NCBI GenBank assembly: GCA_030141605.1
Contig: JAQGDQ010000214.1
Location: 248,001 to 312,000 of the forward strand
Length of the DNA: 64,000 nucleotides
Direction: 5' to 3'
From: Tubiluchus corallicola
Lineage: Eukaryota; Animalia; Priapulida
Shown piece by piece: positions 39,108-52,887 of this stretch. Position 1 is the stretch's first letter. Every line of letters begins with the position of its first letter. The notes beneath the pieces were generated by a model, which was not told the DNA's origin, did not search any database, and worked only from the letters and a program-made list of their open reading frames with translations. The position numbers were made by a program, and so were the translations under genes.

Positions 39108-40000
39108 AAGCAAAATTATACTGTGTAGGACTGAAAATATGAGAGCTTGCCTGAATCTTACCTCTTTAAGATGAGTAAAACGTTGAATGTCCTTTATAGT
39201 CGAATTGATATCTCATTGAATAAATCGTTATCATAATCATTATGATACCAAAATAATATGCAAAATTTTAGCAGACAATAGGGAGCTGTTGTATTTTGTT
39301 TTGTTTAAAAGCTCATTCCTTTGTTACTGTGCATAATTGGCATTGCATGATTTCTTTGCTTGAGTCAGTTGATTATTGTAATTTGCTTTCGCCTTTTTTC
39401 CTGACTGCTTAAAATTGTTGAACTTTTACAATTTTACCTTGATTTGATTACTTGAAATTCTACTGCTTCGTTTTATTTCATGATAAGTATGCTTCACTTG
39501 TAATCTTAGTATCTCCACAGAATAAGGATAGTTTGACTTGATGATCTCTTTCGGTCTTTCGCCATCCTTTTTCCACATTTAAGAAACTTATTATTGTACT
39601 AATTTACGATGCTTGGATATAATATTATGGAAATTTTACTATATCTAAATCTACTGAATCTGAATAAGCAGTTGATTATTTATTTACTTATTTCAGGATC
39701 TTCATTGGCTGAAAATTACAAATAAACTGCTGAAACAGTATGAACCAGTGTGTAAAAAGAAAATTAAAATCAAAAATAGCAGAACTACATCATTGATTTA
39801 AAATATAATAAATTGGAAAGAGAAAAAGATTTACTTATTACTTATTACAGCTATTTTTACTCTTTCTATATTTTATTTTAAATAAACTTTGAATCAATGA
39901 TGTTGTGCTATTTGTTCTTAATTTCATTTTTTCATACTAGTACGTACTGTTTTAACATTTTGTTTGTAATTTTCTCCTGGTGAAGCGCAAGCACCTGAAA

Positions 40001-40032
<32 letters not shown>

Positions 40033-40135
40033 CTATTGTTGGACTATAAAGGACATTCACCGTTTTATTCATGCTAAAGACGGCAAGCTTCAGGAGAACT
40101 CTCTCGTATTTTAAGTACTGGTATAATTTTGTTTA
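39108..40135. mobile_element. Large degenerate foldback element with ~460 bp extra sequence in the left arm
   Basis: Outer arms atgagtaaaacgttgaatgtcctttatagtc / gactataaaggacattcaccgttttattcat; inner arms ttatttcagg..gaaaattacaaataaa..acatcattgatt / aatcaatgatgt..tttgtttgtaattttc..cctgaaataa. Confidence 0.7.
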
Positions 40136-41499
40136 TATACTAAATTTTAACGTCCGAATATGAAGAAATGTTAGTTCCACTGTACTAATTCTATAATAGT
40201 AAAACTAACATGTTTCCTGACAGACCGTAATAGTATCAAGTTGGTAAAACAGCGATCAGGGTACACATCACAGTTTGATTACTTACCGTGGCAAAATATT
40301 TTCGCACACGCCAAGCACAGGAACCGCGACTCGTCTAGTATTTTTGCGACAAATTCTTTCTCGTCGGACGCGTTAACGGTTTTTTGTGAAAAAACAAGAA
40401 GTGAAATAAGACACGGCTGATTCCTGTGACTGCATGTGAGGAAGGTCCGGACTCGAACGCGCGATATTCGCAATAAACGATTGCAAAAACGCAGATCTAT
40501 TAATTGCTGTCACCAATTTTCTTCATATTTGAAACCGTGTACGTATTCATAATAAATTACTATTTCGCAGGAACTAAGTGCAGTTTTAAACAAGTGCAGC
40601 TATGGGTATTTTAACAGCTGTAAGAATCATTTTCCTGCAGTTAAAGTGTACCTAATACGCGTGGGGTTTCTTATGCAAAAGGTAAAACTTAAGTTTAAGT
40701 AATACTTTTTAGCGTAATAGTAAAACAAAAAATTAAATTAAGCCTGTTTGTACAATAAATAATGAATTTTTGTACATTTTCAACGTTCTTACAAAGAAAA
40801 ATATGATGTAATATAATATAATATATGTAACGCTGGCATATTTGTAGAATCAGACGTTTCGTTCAAGATTTCCTTTACTAAAGAAATAAAATGCAGAAAA
40901 GCAGTGAATGAAAAGAATAAAAGAAAAAGGCGTGAAAAGCTCTCGGGTGAATCCTCGCTGTCTGAATAATTTTCAATGCTACGGCATAAAAACTTACCAA
41001 GCGATAAAAGACACAGCTTTAGGTGCGGAATAATGCCTTTTAATATGTTTTCATATTAACTAACTATGAAAACTTGATAAAATATTAATCATAAAGAGAT
41101 CACGGGCCGCTTCTAAATCAACAGCTAAATGTTCAGAAGACTGGCAGCCATGCATCTATTTACGCCGAAATGTTTGCTCTACGGCTTAAGCTTGTTTGAA
41201 TAGTTTTGAAAAGATGAACAGTGGTTCGCGCGAATTCCATGTGCATTTGTCACAAAGTTTGAATGCACCACAGAAAAAATTAAACGCTCCCATTCGAGCA
41301 ACAGCCACGCGTGGAAATACACGAAACTTGAGCCTTAATTTGCAACTGCAGTGCAATGCTAGCCGTCCGTAAAAACGTTTATGGTGACATTCTACTTTAT
41401 TATGTTATATTAGTTTGTATTAGGGATGATTAATCATATATTGCCACATTTTAAGTCGGATAAAAATTATACATTTAGCACAAATAATACTGCAAAAGC

Positions 41500-42240
41500 A
41501 TTTCTGATAATTAAATAATAGATTAAAAACTTAATTAACGGCGGGCGAGCCCAACTATTGATGACATGACAAACTAACATAATTTTCTATAGCAAAAATA
41601 TTCCACGAGCGTGTTGCACGTGTTTGCGAAAGCGAAAACTGAAGTACAGTGCTACTGTAAGATATTCAGTGGTTTGTACTAAAACTAGGCAAGTTTTAAG
41701 ATAAAAATTCAAGTTTTAAATTTACCGTTGTGTTCACGCATGAGCTGTCGAACGTGTGCAGTTTGTTACAAACTAACTCATCTGAACTGAGAGGTACAAC
41801 ACCTGTTTTTTGTGCAATGTGTTTCCGAAATGTAGGTGCCAGTGCCCGTCTAACTAGCGAATGGCGAAATGCATGCAACAGCGAAGAACTAGTGGCACAA
41901 ACGCGAAATTGTATTTGTGTGGTGATAATTCTTTCACGTAAATCATTTTTGAAAAAATAGTATGTTTTCTTTCAATATTTTAAAGAGTAGATTGTTTTAA
42001 CCTGCCGTTTAAGATTGGGTCCGATTTTGCTTTAACTGTAACGTGTTATGATGCTGCTTTAGAAAATTTGATCAAAATTACCTGTAATAAGAAATTACTG
42101 CAAATTTAACGTATTTACTGTTATTGAGTCTCCAAAAGAATAAAAAGAGAATTAATAAATTTTATTGTTTTGCTTAAGGGCTGTAATATTAAAAATTATT
42201 GCATTAACATAGTAATAGTAAAAAAAGAGTGAATTAAAAA
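41500..42240 (+). mobile_element. Dispersed repeat family B (longest copy) plus an adjoining segment shared with 17655-17878
   Basis: Alignable by eye to 27715-27976 (direct), 30503-31260 (inverted) and 17655-17878 (inverted). Confidence 0.8.
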
Positions 42241-44688
42241 CATTCCGCTTTTAAAAATGGTAGGTTTTTTAATAGATCATAGATTGCATTGTAATTTAAT
42301 ACTCAAGAAACTAAATCTCAGCTGTACACAAATGAAATCTGAGGATACTGTACAGAAACCCGCTAAAAAGATCTACAATAACTTTTTTGGTGAGAGGTAA
42401 TCTTAAGGTTTTCCTATATTTACAGACTTTTCGACAAGAATATAATGGGCACTTACAGAAAATTTGCATAGTTAACGTACGCTTCTAGGTTTGCGCTCTG
42501 CACACATTCCATTTGTATTGACGTTTGGATTCCTAACATTAAATTTTTGATATTTAAATTACGTGTTTCAGACGCAGCTATATAGCATACCATGATGCCA
42601 AACCTGTATCTGCATTTGAGAATAATAAAGTTAAAATTTGTAACAGCCCATAACTTTTTTATTAAGTTAGACCTTTTTTATGTTTTCATCACCGGTTTTT
42701 TTTCTTTCTTTAAATTGTCTGTTTTTTGTATTTATTCATGCCGTTTATGAAGTTAACACAGCACAAGTTTTCTTACAGTGTTGACTTGATGTGTCTTCGT
42801 GGGCTGATGATTTGAACCTTGTAGGTTACATATCGTTCTGTACGTACATGTACACAATGGCATTGTATATAATAAATCTAATCTAATTTTGAATATACAT
42901 ATTTAAAAATTTCATAACATTGAAACCATGAATATATTGTAGCATATTAACTTACTTAAGTAATAATGATGCATAATCATTAATAGTATCGTTAACGTAA
43001 TCAAACATGGGACGTAATCAAATCACATACAATTGGTGGCAGTAAGTTACTAAAGTTAGTAATGCGTCTTTAACCAGAAGAATGGGCACAACTAAAGCAC
43101 GTGGGTAATATATAAATCTCTAATTCAAGGGTTTCTGTGAAGATCTTTGAGGATTTGCCTAAATATGTGCTATAATCCTTCATTACAGTATCACAGGGCG
43201 TTAAACATCACTTCAAATCTTTAAGTATGCACTGCCCACAACAGCTATACCACACAGTTCTGTTCATGCCAAGAAAGGCATTATCTAAACGCTTTAATAG
43301 TTGTATGATTGTGTTTTATGTTCTGGTTTTATGTAAGCCGTGAGCACCCCACCGGGAAACACTTCAAACCTGATTCTATACAAATTCGACCGGCGTGAGA
43401 CATAATACCCTCTACTTCGTACCCATACGATCGGTTTCTATGCCCCTACATGTTGCCTCCTATACATAGCTCGCCAGTTTATTGTAGCATAGCAATGGCT
43501 AGCCCTGCAAGACTATAGAACGTTCTAGCTATTTTGTGACTGTTTGTTATTCTATCTAGCAGCACAAGGACTCGCATTATTTACCTGGTAGTTGTACGCA
43601 TCTGTCCGAATCGACGAGAAACCGTTTTCGGCTGAAATTCGGTTCAGAGGTGACGTTTCCTGTTTTGCATACATACAGCTAGTCTGAACAGGGGCAGGTG
43701 GAAGTACCATACTTCCCGTAGCGTTTCATATAAACCTCAAAATTACTACCGGTAAAATGTTAAACCCTCAAAAGACCTATTCAACGCAGAGAATGTATTC
43801 AAAACACGACCGAGCAACAAAAGATCTATAAAATTTTCTAATAATTATTTTGGAATAAATTATTATGTGGCAAAACGAATAACACGCACCTTTTAAAACG
43901 AAAATTGCTGTTTATAGCTGTTAAGAATAAATTTAGCAATAGACTATATAATAGCATATAGGTAGAGCAAGAGAGAATATTATATAATCCAAAACAACAA
44001 AAAGAGCTGCTTGGCGTATGCTTACATACATCATTTTGCACTTTAGCACAGTTCCAATTGAAATTTAGGGACCTTACCAAATAACTGTCTTTAACTATTA
44101 TTGATGCTGCAAAGAAAACAATAGCGAAGCAGTTAACTAATCCTTTTTGTACAATCAATTGAACGTTTAACTGAACTGCGTCTTTAAATATCTTGAATTC
44201 GTCACAAATAGTTTTAGCACCAACTCTTTTTTCATGTATCAAAAATCAAATGTTTGAATTATTAAAATCTGCACGTGTGGTTCCCAAACAATAATCGACA
44301 ATCATTTCTCAAATTAAATCTTATACATGGGGTGAATTTCATTAAAATTTTTTGCTATGATTTCAATTTGTTTTTTCATCATAATATTGTTATGGTAGTT
44401 TTGCTGATTCAATGTGCTTACATGAAAATTTTCACACAACATCTTGTAGCTTTTTTAATTTAAATAATAATTTTTTTATTGTTATAAATTTATGTGCTTA
44501 AAATTTAAACACAAATACGGAACAGATTTTGCACTAATTATCTAAACAAAAGTTGTACTAGTGTAAGACTTTGTTAACTAGTTGTAATGTACTTATTACG
44601 TATTGTTTCACAAATTATACAAACTATTCTTACGAACCTTTTAAAGAATTTCAAAACTTGAAATTTGTAAATTCACGCTTTTTGTAGC

Positions 44689-44690
<2 letters not shown>

Positions 44691-44738
<48 letters not shown>

Positions 44739-44760
44739 GCACGCACGCACGCGCGCACGC
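44691..44760. repeat. (CA)n(CGCA)n microsatellite
   Basis: Direct reading. Confidence 0.95.
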
Positions 44761-45799
44761 AGACCTCTCAAAATTGTAAAAAACTTTCTTATTGAACTTA
44801 GTTGCTATGAATTCCAAATATGGGTTTGGAATAAAGTTTGACTGAATTTTATAACGCGTCCAGTCAAAATTTATTTCTAAAGAAAGTACTACCCATACTT
44901 GAATATGCATATATACGAATAATGTCAATTATTTTAATTTTTTATTTATTTATATATTCCTTACATATTCTTATTAAAAATATATCATAGCACAATTATA
45001 CAAGCATTCAGGTCTTTTTATACTAAGTAGTAGGAGTAATTCTTAGGTCTTATAGGCACTAGCAGATATTAAAGCAATTAGGTTAGGTCTTTACAATTAT
45101 AGGTCTACATGTATAGTTGTTTTTCATAATGATAATGATTGACATCTAGCGATTCTACTTAAAAGCACTTAAGAACTTGGAAGGCACTATTGGAAAACAT
45201 ACCCACCATCCCTCCTGTCTGCTTTTTCTCGATTCTGCTAAAGAAATTTTCAGGACAAGGCTAGCTGCCGTGTATGTGTCTCGGTGTAGCAGGCTCCTGC
45301 TGATATAGGAGACCAAACTTTTCAACGTGCCACCATCTCCGGTTACACAGTTTGAAATTCCTGCTAGTCTTAGAACAACATTCGGTGAACATATGAGTTA
45401 GAAACAAGCAAATACACAAGAACACATGTACGTGTACAATATGACTCCTGCCCCAGCAGATCTAGAATCATTGAAGTCCTTCCGAACCACTCAGATGTCT
45501 CAATAATGTGAAGCCAATGCAGCTTTGAAAATGCATTCATCAAAACAATATTTTCTCAAAATATTGAATGTAGAATGTACACAAAGTGTAGAATGTATTC
45601 ACCAGTATAAGTAAACACACGAATAAAACCTTTGTGATTCAATACAATCACCATGAAGTCTAACATCGCATTCAGACTTTTTATTGAACTTACGCGCCAT
45701 CATTACAGTCATTGTCGCCATCGCTGTCCCTCTCTTTTATCATTCACTCCTTATAAATATTACCGTTATCTACAGGCCATTATCTTTACATGGTCTTTA

Positions 45800-46077
45800 T
45801 CATTATTTTTATCATCATCATAACCATCATCGTCATCGTCATCGTCGTCGTCATTATGACCATCATCACCACCTTCATCATCATCATCATCATTGTCATC
45901 GTCGTCATCATCATTATCATTATCACAATCATCATCACCACCTTCATCATCATCATCATCGTTATCATCGTCGTCGTCATCGTCATCGTCATCATTATCA
46001 CCATCATCATCACCACCTTCATCATCATCATCATCATCATCGTCATCATCATCATCATCATCATCATCATCGTTCAT
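45800..46077. repeat. (CAT)n-type degenerate microsatellite near the 3' end of Lhx2/9 intron 2
   Basis: Direct reading; recurring caccaccttcatcatcat sub-units. Confidence 0.95.
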
Positions 46078-46225
46078 CTTTAGTAGCAGCCGCAGTAGTG
46101 ATAGCATGCACTTTTGCTCATAAAAACTATAATTTTAGTTTTGAAATAAAAGCACAAGCTTGAAATTTCATAATGGTTTTGCTGAATTTTTAAAATATTT
46201 AGACGATTTTGTTTGTTTTTTTCAG

Positions 46226-46590
46226 GCGGTTTTCCGTGAAAAGATGTGCGCGTTGCCATATGGGCATCTCAGCCAACGAACTTGTGATGAGAGCGAAGGA
46301 ACTTGTGTATCATGTTAACTGTTTCACCTGCGCTTCATGCAATAAACCATTAACACCTGGCGAACATTTTGGCATGAAGGACAGTACCGTGTACTGCAGA
46401 ACCCACTATGATTTCATGCTCCAGGGTGATTACCTGCCGCCGCATATGCAAGGCTCTCCCGGTCTTCCCGGACATCATGGTTGTCCCACAGGAATCCCGT
46501 TTTACAATGGCGTCGGTGCAGTTCAGAAGGGAAGACCAAGAAAACCGAGGAAGAGTCCAGCACCGGACCTCGATGGGTGCGGTTCTTTGG
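46226..46590 (+). CDS. Lhx2/9: Lhx2/9 exon 3, LIM domain 2 and linker
   Basis: RFSVKRCARCHMGISANELVMRAKELVYHVNCFTCASCNKPLTPGEHFGMKDSTVYCRTHY and the family motif FYNGVGAVQKGRPRK; acceptor ttcag|, donor g|gtaagt (phase 1). Confidence 0.98.
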
Positions 46591-49500
46591 GTAAGTTTTA
46601 CTTAGCTCACTTTCTGTGAATAACATGCAACTTGAACTTCTGGAACCATAAAGTAGAACATTTTTTAATGCAGTGAAGCCTTACTGCGTAGAATTATAAT
46701 TCTCAATCCAAAGACGTGGATGACAAGGTTTTTTCTTCATCTATACTACTGATATAACTTGTAATGTCTATTTATACAACGTTCTCAATTAATGAAAATA
46801 AAAAGTGAGCGTATAGCACTTAGTCAAGATGAGTCAAGATCGTATATATAGACAAATTTTCTATTAAAGAATTTTCTTTGAAGAATTTACGTTTTTACTA
46901 TGCGAAAGTCCTTTGTGAAACAAATAATGATATCGTCATAGAAACTTGTGCAAATTAATAAAACTGTATATAAATAGACGGGTCACTTTGGTGGTTCTAA
47001 ACGTGGCGTAAGCAAACACCAAGTGTGGTGCATGCAGGAGCGTAAAACCAAAACTCGAACCGCAGACTTGTTTTTGACTATGCAGTCACATCATTCTTGT
47101 GCTTTTAACACTCAATATTTCAATTATGTGAGTAGTGTAACACATAAACTGAAAGCTCTTTAATAATTAAAGAACAAAAATAGTTCCTAAATCCATATTT
47201 GGAATAGGATGTTAGGTGTTTCGCCGAACAAAACAAGTCCAAACACAAAACAAAAAAATCGATGACAACAGTTTGCTGGATAGATGGAGAGCTAAATTAC
47301 TACATTGACCACGACGTTTAGGGCGGGGTGTATTTCAACGAACCTTCATACCTTTACAACTGAAAACTAAACCCCTCTAGTTAAATATAACAGTGAATTG
47401 GACAGTGTGTAGTACAGCAACTTTACACTGTTAACCTTTGATTGTAGGTGCAACAGATAAATTAAACTATATTAAGACGCATTATTAAAACATACGAACT
47501 TAACTCACTCGTGAATTTCATATTATGTACTTGTTTATACTGTAATAAATATGAAAATTTTTACACCATTTTACAAATAAAACATGTACTTTTGTAAGCA
47601 AGCCTAATTTCAATTTATCTTTTATCCGGATGTGGGTAAATTTTTGTTATAAAGACGTTATACGGCAGTATATTGTTATCTACTACGAAATCTTCTGTCC
47701 TTCGTGGGAACCTTACCGATCTTCGTCAAGTGCGGAAACTCATGAAAATTCAGAAATTCTTGTCTTACGGCACAGAACGAGCATTTTGCTTGAATTCTTA
47801 CTTCCCACGCGCCAAACACAGCGCCTCTTTATGTTGGCAAAGGAAAACGATGATTACAAAAGATCCCCCAATGTCAATGGTGTCGACACAACAAAACGCG
47901 TGTTGCCCAAATTCCTTGTTTGAAAATTACACAGCAACAGGGCAGCATTCTTATCAGCAAAACATGTCTCGTGTTTATTATCCAAGCTAATGTGTCCGCT
48001 TCTTTCTTCGCGACGGCTTATCAAACACCTATCTTGCAAGGCCTATAACGTGATTTGCGTGAAATTACCCATGAAAATGGCGGCAGCAAAGCATGAAAAC
48101 GTAGTCTATTTTGTCCTAGGCGGATAATTTGATAACGAGGGTAATGATATTATTAGAGCCGTATTGTGTGCTTAGAACTTGAAGACAAAATAGCGGTCTC
48201 ACGTTCTGGTTATTATATATAATATATGTAGAAGTCGCTTCATCTCTGGCGAGCTTCCTTAACATCACGTGGGTGGAATAAGCATAATTTATTTAAAATT
48301 TATTTTAGGAGTTTCTGTAATGAACATTTGTTTGCAATACTAAATTTAACTTTTTTCAAAATATGATTATTTTAAGAATTTTTTTTTCGTAAAATAAAAT
48401 TTATTTTTGCGCTTTAGTGATATTTTACAATTGAAACGTAGCTGATGATATCATTTCAACTTACACTTTTATCCGAAATTATCGCACGCTACTTCTCGAG
48501 ACTTTTTTACATTTTTTATTTTCTGACAGAATCCTTTAATGGCACTTTTTTAAATGAGTAGCTTCAGAAACCAATGAATATTATAATGAATTTGTAATTG
48601 TGGAGAAACATATCGTTTCAAAACCATTCACGCTAAATAAAGATGATTCACTTAATTATTGATATAATAACCAAACATCACTGGCGTAGGTCACATGACT
48701 GTCACGTGATGACAGTATATATCTCGTTCTAAATTCACTCCCTCGTAAGAGAGATCGTGTGTCTTTCAAGTGGTGGTATAAGCTCCTGTTTGTTTTGCTA
48801 CTTATTCTCAAGTGGTAGAAAGCAGGGTATCGTTCCATATGTCTGCGAGCTAAATAAAATGTAAAACCCGAGATTAAACGGGTTGGTACTGGACATGTGT
48901 GAATCAACATCGCTTTAATGTCTTCCGAATTTGTACAACAAGGAATTAAATACCAGAAGAAACATTTGTCACGCGCATGTTTACACTGGCATTGTAGGCT
49001 ACATAGGCAAAAAACGACGAGAAAACAAAAAATATGAACTCCGATGCACGAAGAAACATCAAACCGCTAGACAGCTTAACAAAAATTTGCTAAATTTTGT
49101 TTTGATACCAGGTGAACACGGCAATAACTAAAATGTTCGGCTTACAATATAGTTTGCCAGAAAATAAAATACTGCAAAAAACAGAAAGCATTTTTTAAAA
49201 AACTACAGTATTTCTGTGCAATGTACAAGCTGACTAACATTAAGTGAAAAATGTAGGGATAACGCGCAATAAATATCCAAGCAAAAATAAAAAAACAGTG
49301 ACATTTGAGATGGAACTTATTCTACCGATACTTGTACATTAAACATGATGGCGACTTAGAAAAACTTAGAAATTAGAAATGGAAAATAATTATTTGAAAA
49401 ATAAAATTTTTATGGCAAATAAATGGTAATCTTTGGTTAGTTTACAATAATATAATCTGCATATGTATTTTTAAAGAGATTATTATAATATAGTCACTAG

Positions 49501-52500
49501 GATTGATAATATGTTTCTGGCAGTTTCGTGTGGTATAACAAAAAGACACAGCGCCAGCTATTGATTAAAAAAAGAAACAATCAAGCGCTTTTTTTGAACG
49601 TGCATATGTACTGGGCTCTGCGCCCTAACCAGCGCTCCGCCGATTCAAAACACTCCCCGTAGAACTGCGCGAAGCTTTAAATTTTTTCGAATGGTGCTGT
49701 GCAAAGCCGCAACCAGCATGGGTTCGGTTTAGTTCGAGTTCCCGCGACCAATAACTTCCCTTTCTGTGTATCTATCCTTGCTGAGCTCGATGGTTGTTTA
49801 TTGTCACAACACCGCTGGTGCCACCGACTTTGAAGTTTTTTCACCGTCTAATTTTCAATGAAAACCATGACTCATGGCGGCCTACATTTCTAGGGTATAT
49901 TATAATCGAGCATTAGCATTGAGTGTATTGTAATTATTATGTGATGTATGCAGATGAAACGAGTTGTACGATTATGTAGCCGCAATGTTCGCGAGTTTAT
50001 AGTAGGATCTAATTAATACTGTCTTATTACATCAACTGGTCCTATATTATTATTATATCATTCTTGCTAAATTTTTTGTGTTCTTTCGGTGCGTTTTTCG
50101 TTTTAATTTTCAAAAAGGAAACCCCAGTCTCTTTAAAATTCAACATGCAACAACGATGATAATTCTTTTCAAATCCAAAAATTTATAAAACGATTATCAA
50201 TTTGAAAAACACTGTCACTGTCTAACAGAAACTTACATAGTATTCTACAAGACATTATAAAAAATTAAATTTGTTAAATCGCATCTCAAAAGTACCAAGT
50301 AAAAGTAAACTACTGAACTCACGAATCGATTGTTATTGTAAGTAAACTAGCACCTGCTATTTTGGAAAAAGTTAGTTATTTGTCATAAGGAAACTTTAAC
50401 AGATGAAATCATGAACAACACGAGGCAGTTCATTTTAATGATTTACTGGTACCGTAACTATACTTTTGCGGATGACCACTCTGTTGTATTTCTACTTTCG
50501 CATATTCCCAGCGTATTGAACTTTTTTTCTTTAATTTTTTGCTCGTTGTCAGAGCTTAAGCAAATTGAAAGTACCGCGAACAGTCCTGTACGCATTATTT
50601 TGCAATTTAAGTCACATTTGTCTGACGAAATTTTTTTATTACTACGCCTAACTTTTATTTTACTTTAACTTGATATCGCATTGGACAAATTTTTATTGCT
50701 CAGCACTTTGGCACAACTCTTCCTATTATAGCTTTAAACACCTAAAACTCGCTTATAATAAAGGTTATGCGCGTACTTTTTTAAACAACCTTTCGATTCC
50801 CGTGTCAGAAACATGTGTCTTAATCTCACATTGCCTTATTTTGACGTTATTCTACGGAAAAATATTTACATTCTAAAGATGCGTCTTTTTAATAGTCATG
50901 GCAAATTGATAAATGATAAATGCAATTTTTGATAGTAGCTATATTTTTTATCTAAAATCTATCAATATTGAATAAATCAACTATGCACAGAAAACGTTTA
51001 CTAATTTTAAATCTTAAATCTTGTACGTGTATTTTGCCAATTTTTTTATCCGTAAGTAATTTTATTGCTGTAGTATTTTATGTCTGTGTGACGTGGTACG
51101 CTATTGTACATATTTAGTACTTTTTGTTGTATGTGTTGATATTGTAGGTTTTTACCCGGAATAAAGCGCACTTATCTTTTTTAAAACTGCGAATTTTTGT
51201 CATAGATGGTGTCACACAAGCCAAATGAATAATCCTTGACAAAAACTATGACAAATTATTGAAGCGGTAATTAAGCGCACAATTTGCTGCCAAATTTTTA
51301 CTTTCTACAAATACTTACGTAGTATACTTTCAGGAATAGAAGGGATATGTAAGGTATGCATTGTCACTAATAGGCGGCAGCACTTGTTGCATTGTTGTCT
51401 GATTGCATCTGCGAATAGCTCAGTGTTGTAAAGGAGGACGGCATGGCTGGGATAATGTTAAGGCTGTTATTGTCGTTTCGTTTATCAGTGTTTGATGAAG
51501 TTGCTGGTTGTTTCAAGGCATTAAATTGTGATCTTAATGAGTCTTTTATCGCAGACATTATACATTGGAAGTTGCTGTTATCTTAAATTAAAAGCGCTAG
51601 CTTGAAGCTCCTGTGGTTTTACTACACCTTTGTTAAAAAGAACTGTTTTACTACTGATACAAAGGACATTGGTTGTCTTTGGTTATTATTATTTCTTACG
51701 TTGTTTTTCTATTTCGGTTTCCGTTTTCTATGCATCATCATTAAAGAGTTCTCAGCCATCTAACCCGGAAAGTTTGCTTTCTCACGGCCATTTTAATCCC
51801 TGAGTTCATCCTGTTTTAACAGCGCATGCGTACTCACAACTTATCGTAATCCCTATTACAAAGTTTCCATAACCCCGCCGCATCCTTTACCATGACACCT
51901 CCTTGTTCCTGTTGCTCTTCATGAGCGTGTACGGCTTAGAAGCTACCTCCTCTTTTCAGCTTGGGGATGATTAATCGGACGTGCCGGGAAGAGGTGATAG
52001 CTTCTTACCGGGGTAAAATAACTCGATGACACGAGAAGAAGCGGAAATACTCCCGCTAAATGTTTATCTACTCGGTTTTTAAGGAGCCTCGAACAGAGCA
52101 TTAATGCTTCGGGCACTACGAGGCCTCTATTTTGAATCAGACGTTCTATTCAGTCCTACGAATCGGCAAATATTGATCTTGGATACATTTGCAACGCTTA
52201 AACCTGCCTCGTCTGCTTGTAAAATGTCCATTATAGCTTGGAATGGGCGGTGCTTCATTCGAACTTTGTCTATAGATGAAACAGCAATGAAAGGATGAGA
52301 TAGACAACGCACCTGGATAAAAATGTTCATCTTTTCCCACGGGCCTCGGATTTTTATAGAAGGGAGATTAAGTTATACCAAGTTTCTTCTTCACGTAACG
52401 CTAGGATTGATGTGATTAATTGATACAGGTTCACATACCTATAATAAGGATTGTCTATGATGTCAGATATACCTGAGTGATTGCATCGTGTGTTTAATCG

Positions 52501-52887
52501 AAGTTAAGTAAAGTTGGACTTGATCAGCAAGTGCATTGCGAAAAACCAAAAATCGCTTCTATGCAGCTTTACCTTCCACATATATCCTGAAGGAGACACT
52601 TATTCGTTTCAATATGTCTAAGGCATTTTATTTTCTCATTTTGAAAAATTATTCTTGATAGTGAACTAGCTTCCTATTGATAATCATCCTAATCATTATG
52701 CACGGATAATAATGAAATAATCATTATTGTTTAATGATGATTTTGAAAAAGAATGCAATTTCTGACCCACATATGTAATATCGTACTCCATGCAGTCGTA
52801 ACAATAAGTAATTCTATTAAACTGAGTACTAGGAAAAAAGCAGTCCATTCAAAAAATGTGATGTCAAAAGATGCATGCATTTATCAG

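Noticed and set aside
45684-46163. Poly-His/Asp/Ser/Met ORFs (also 36390-36884)
   Set aside because: Translations of (CAT)n/(GAT)n inside Lhx2/9 intron 2; the LIM1 and LIM2 exons join in frame without them.
47630-48085. ORFs of 97-105 aa in intron 3 as a nested gene or THAP-type transposase piece
   Set aside because: No complete motif and no convincing splice structure; probably TE-derived non-coding sequence.
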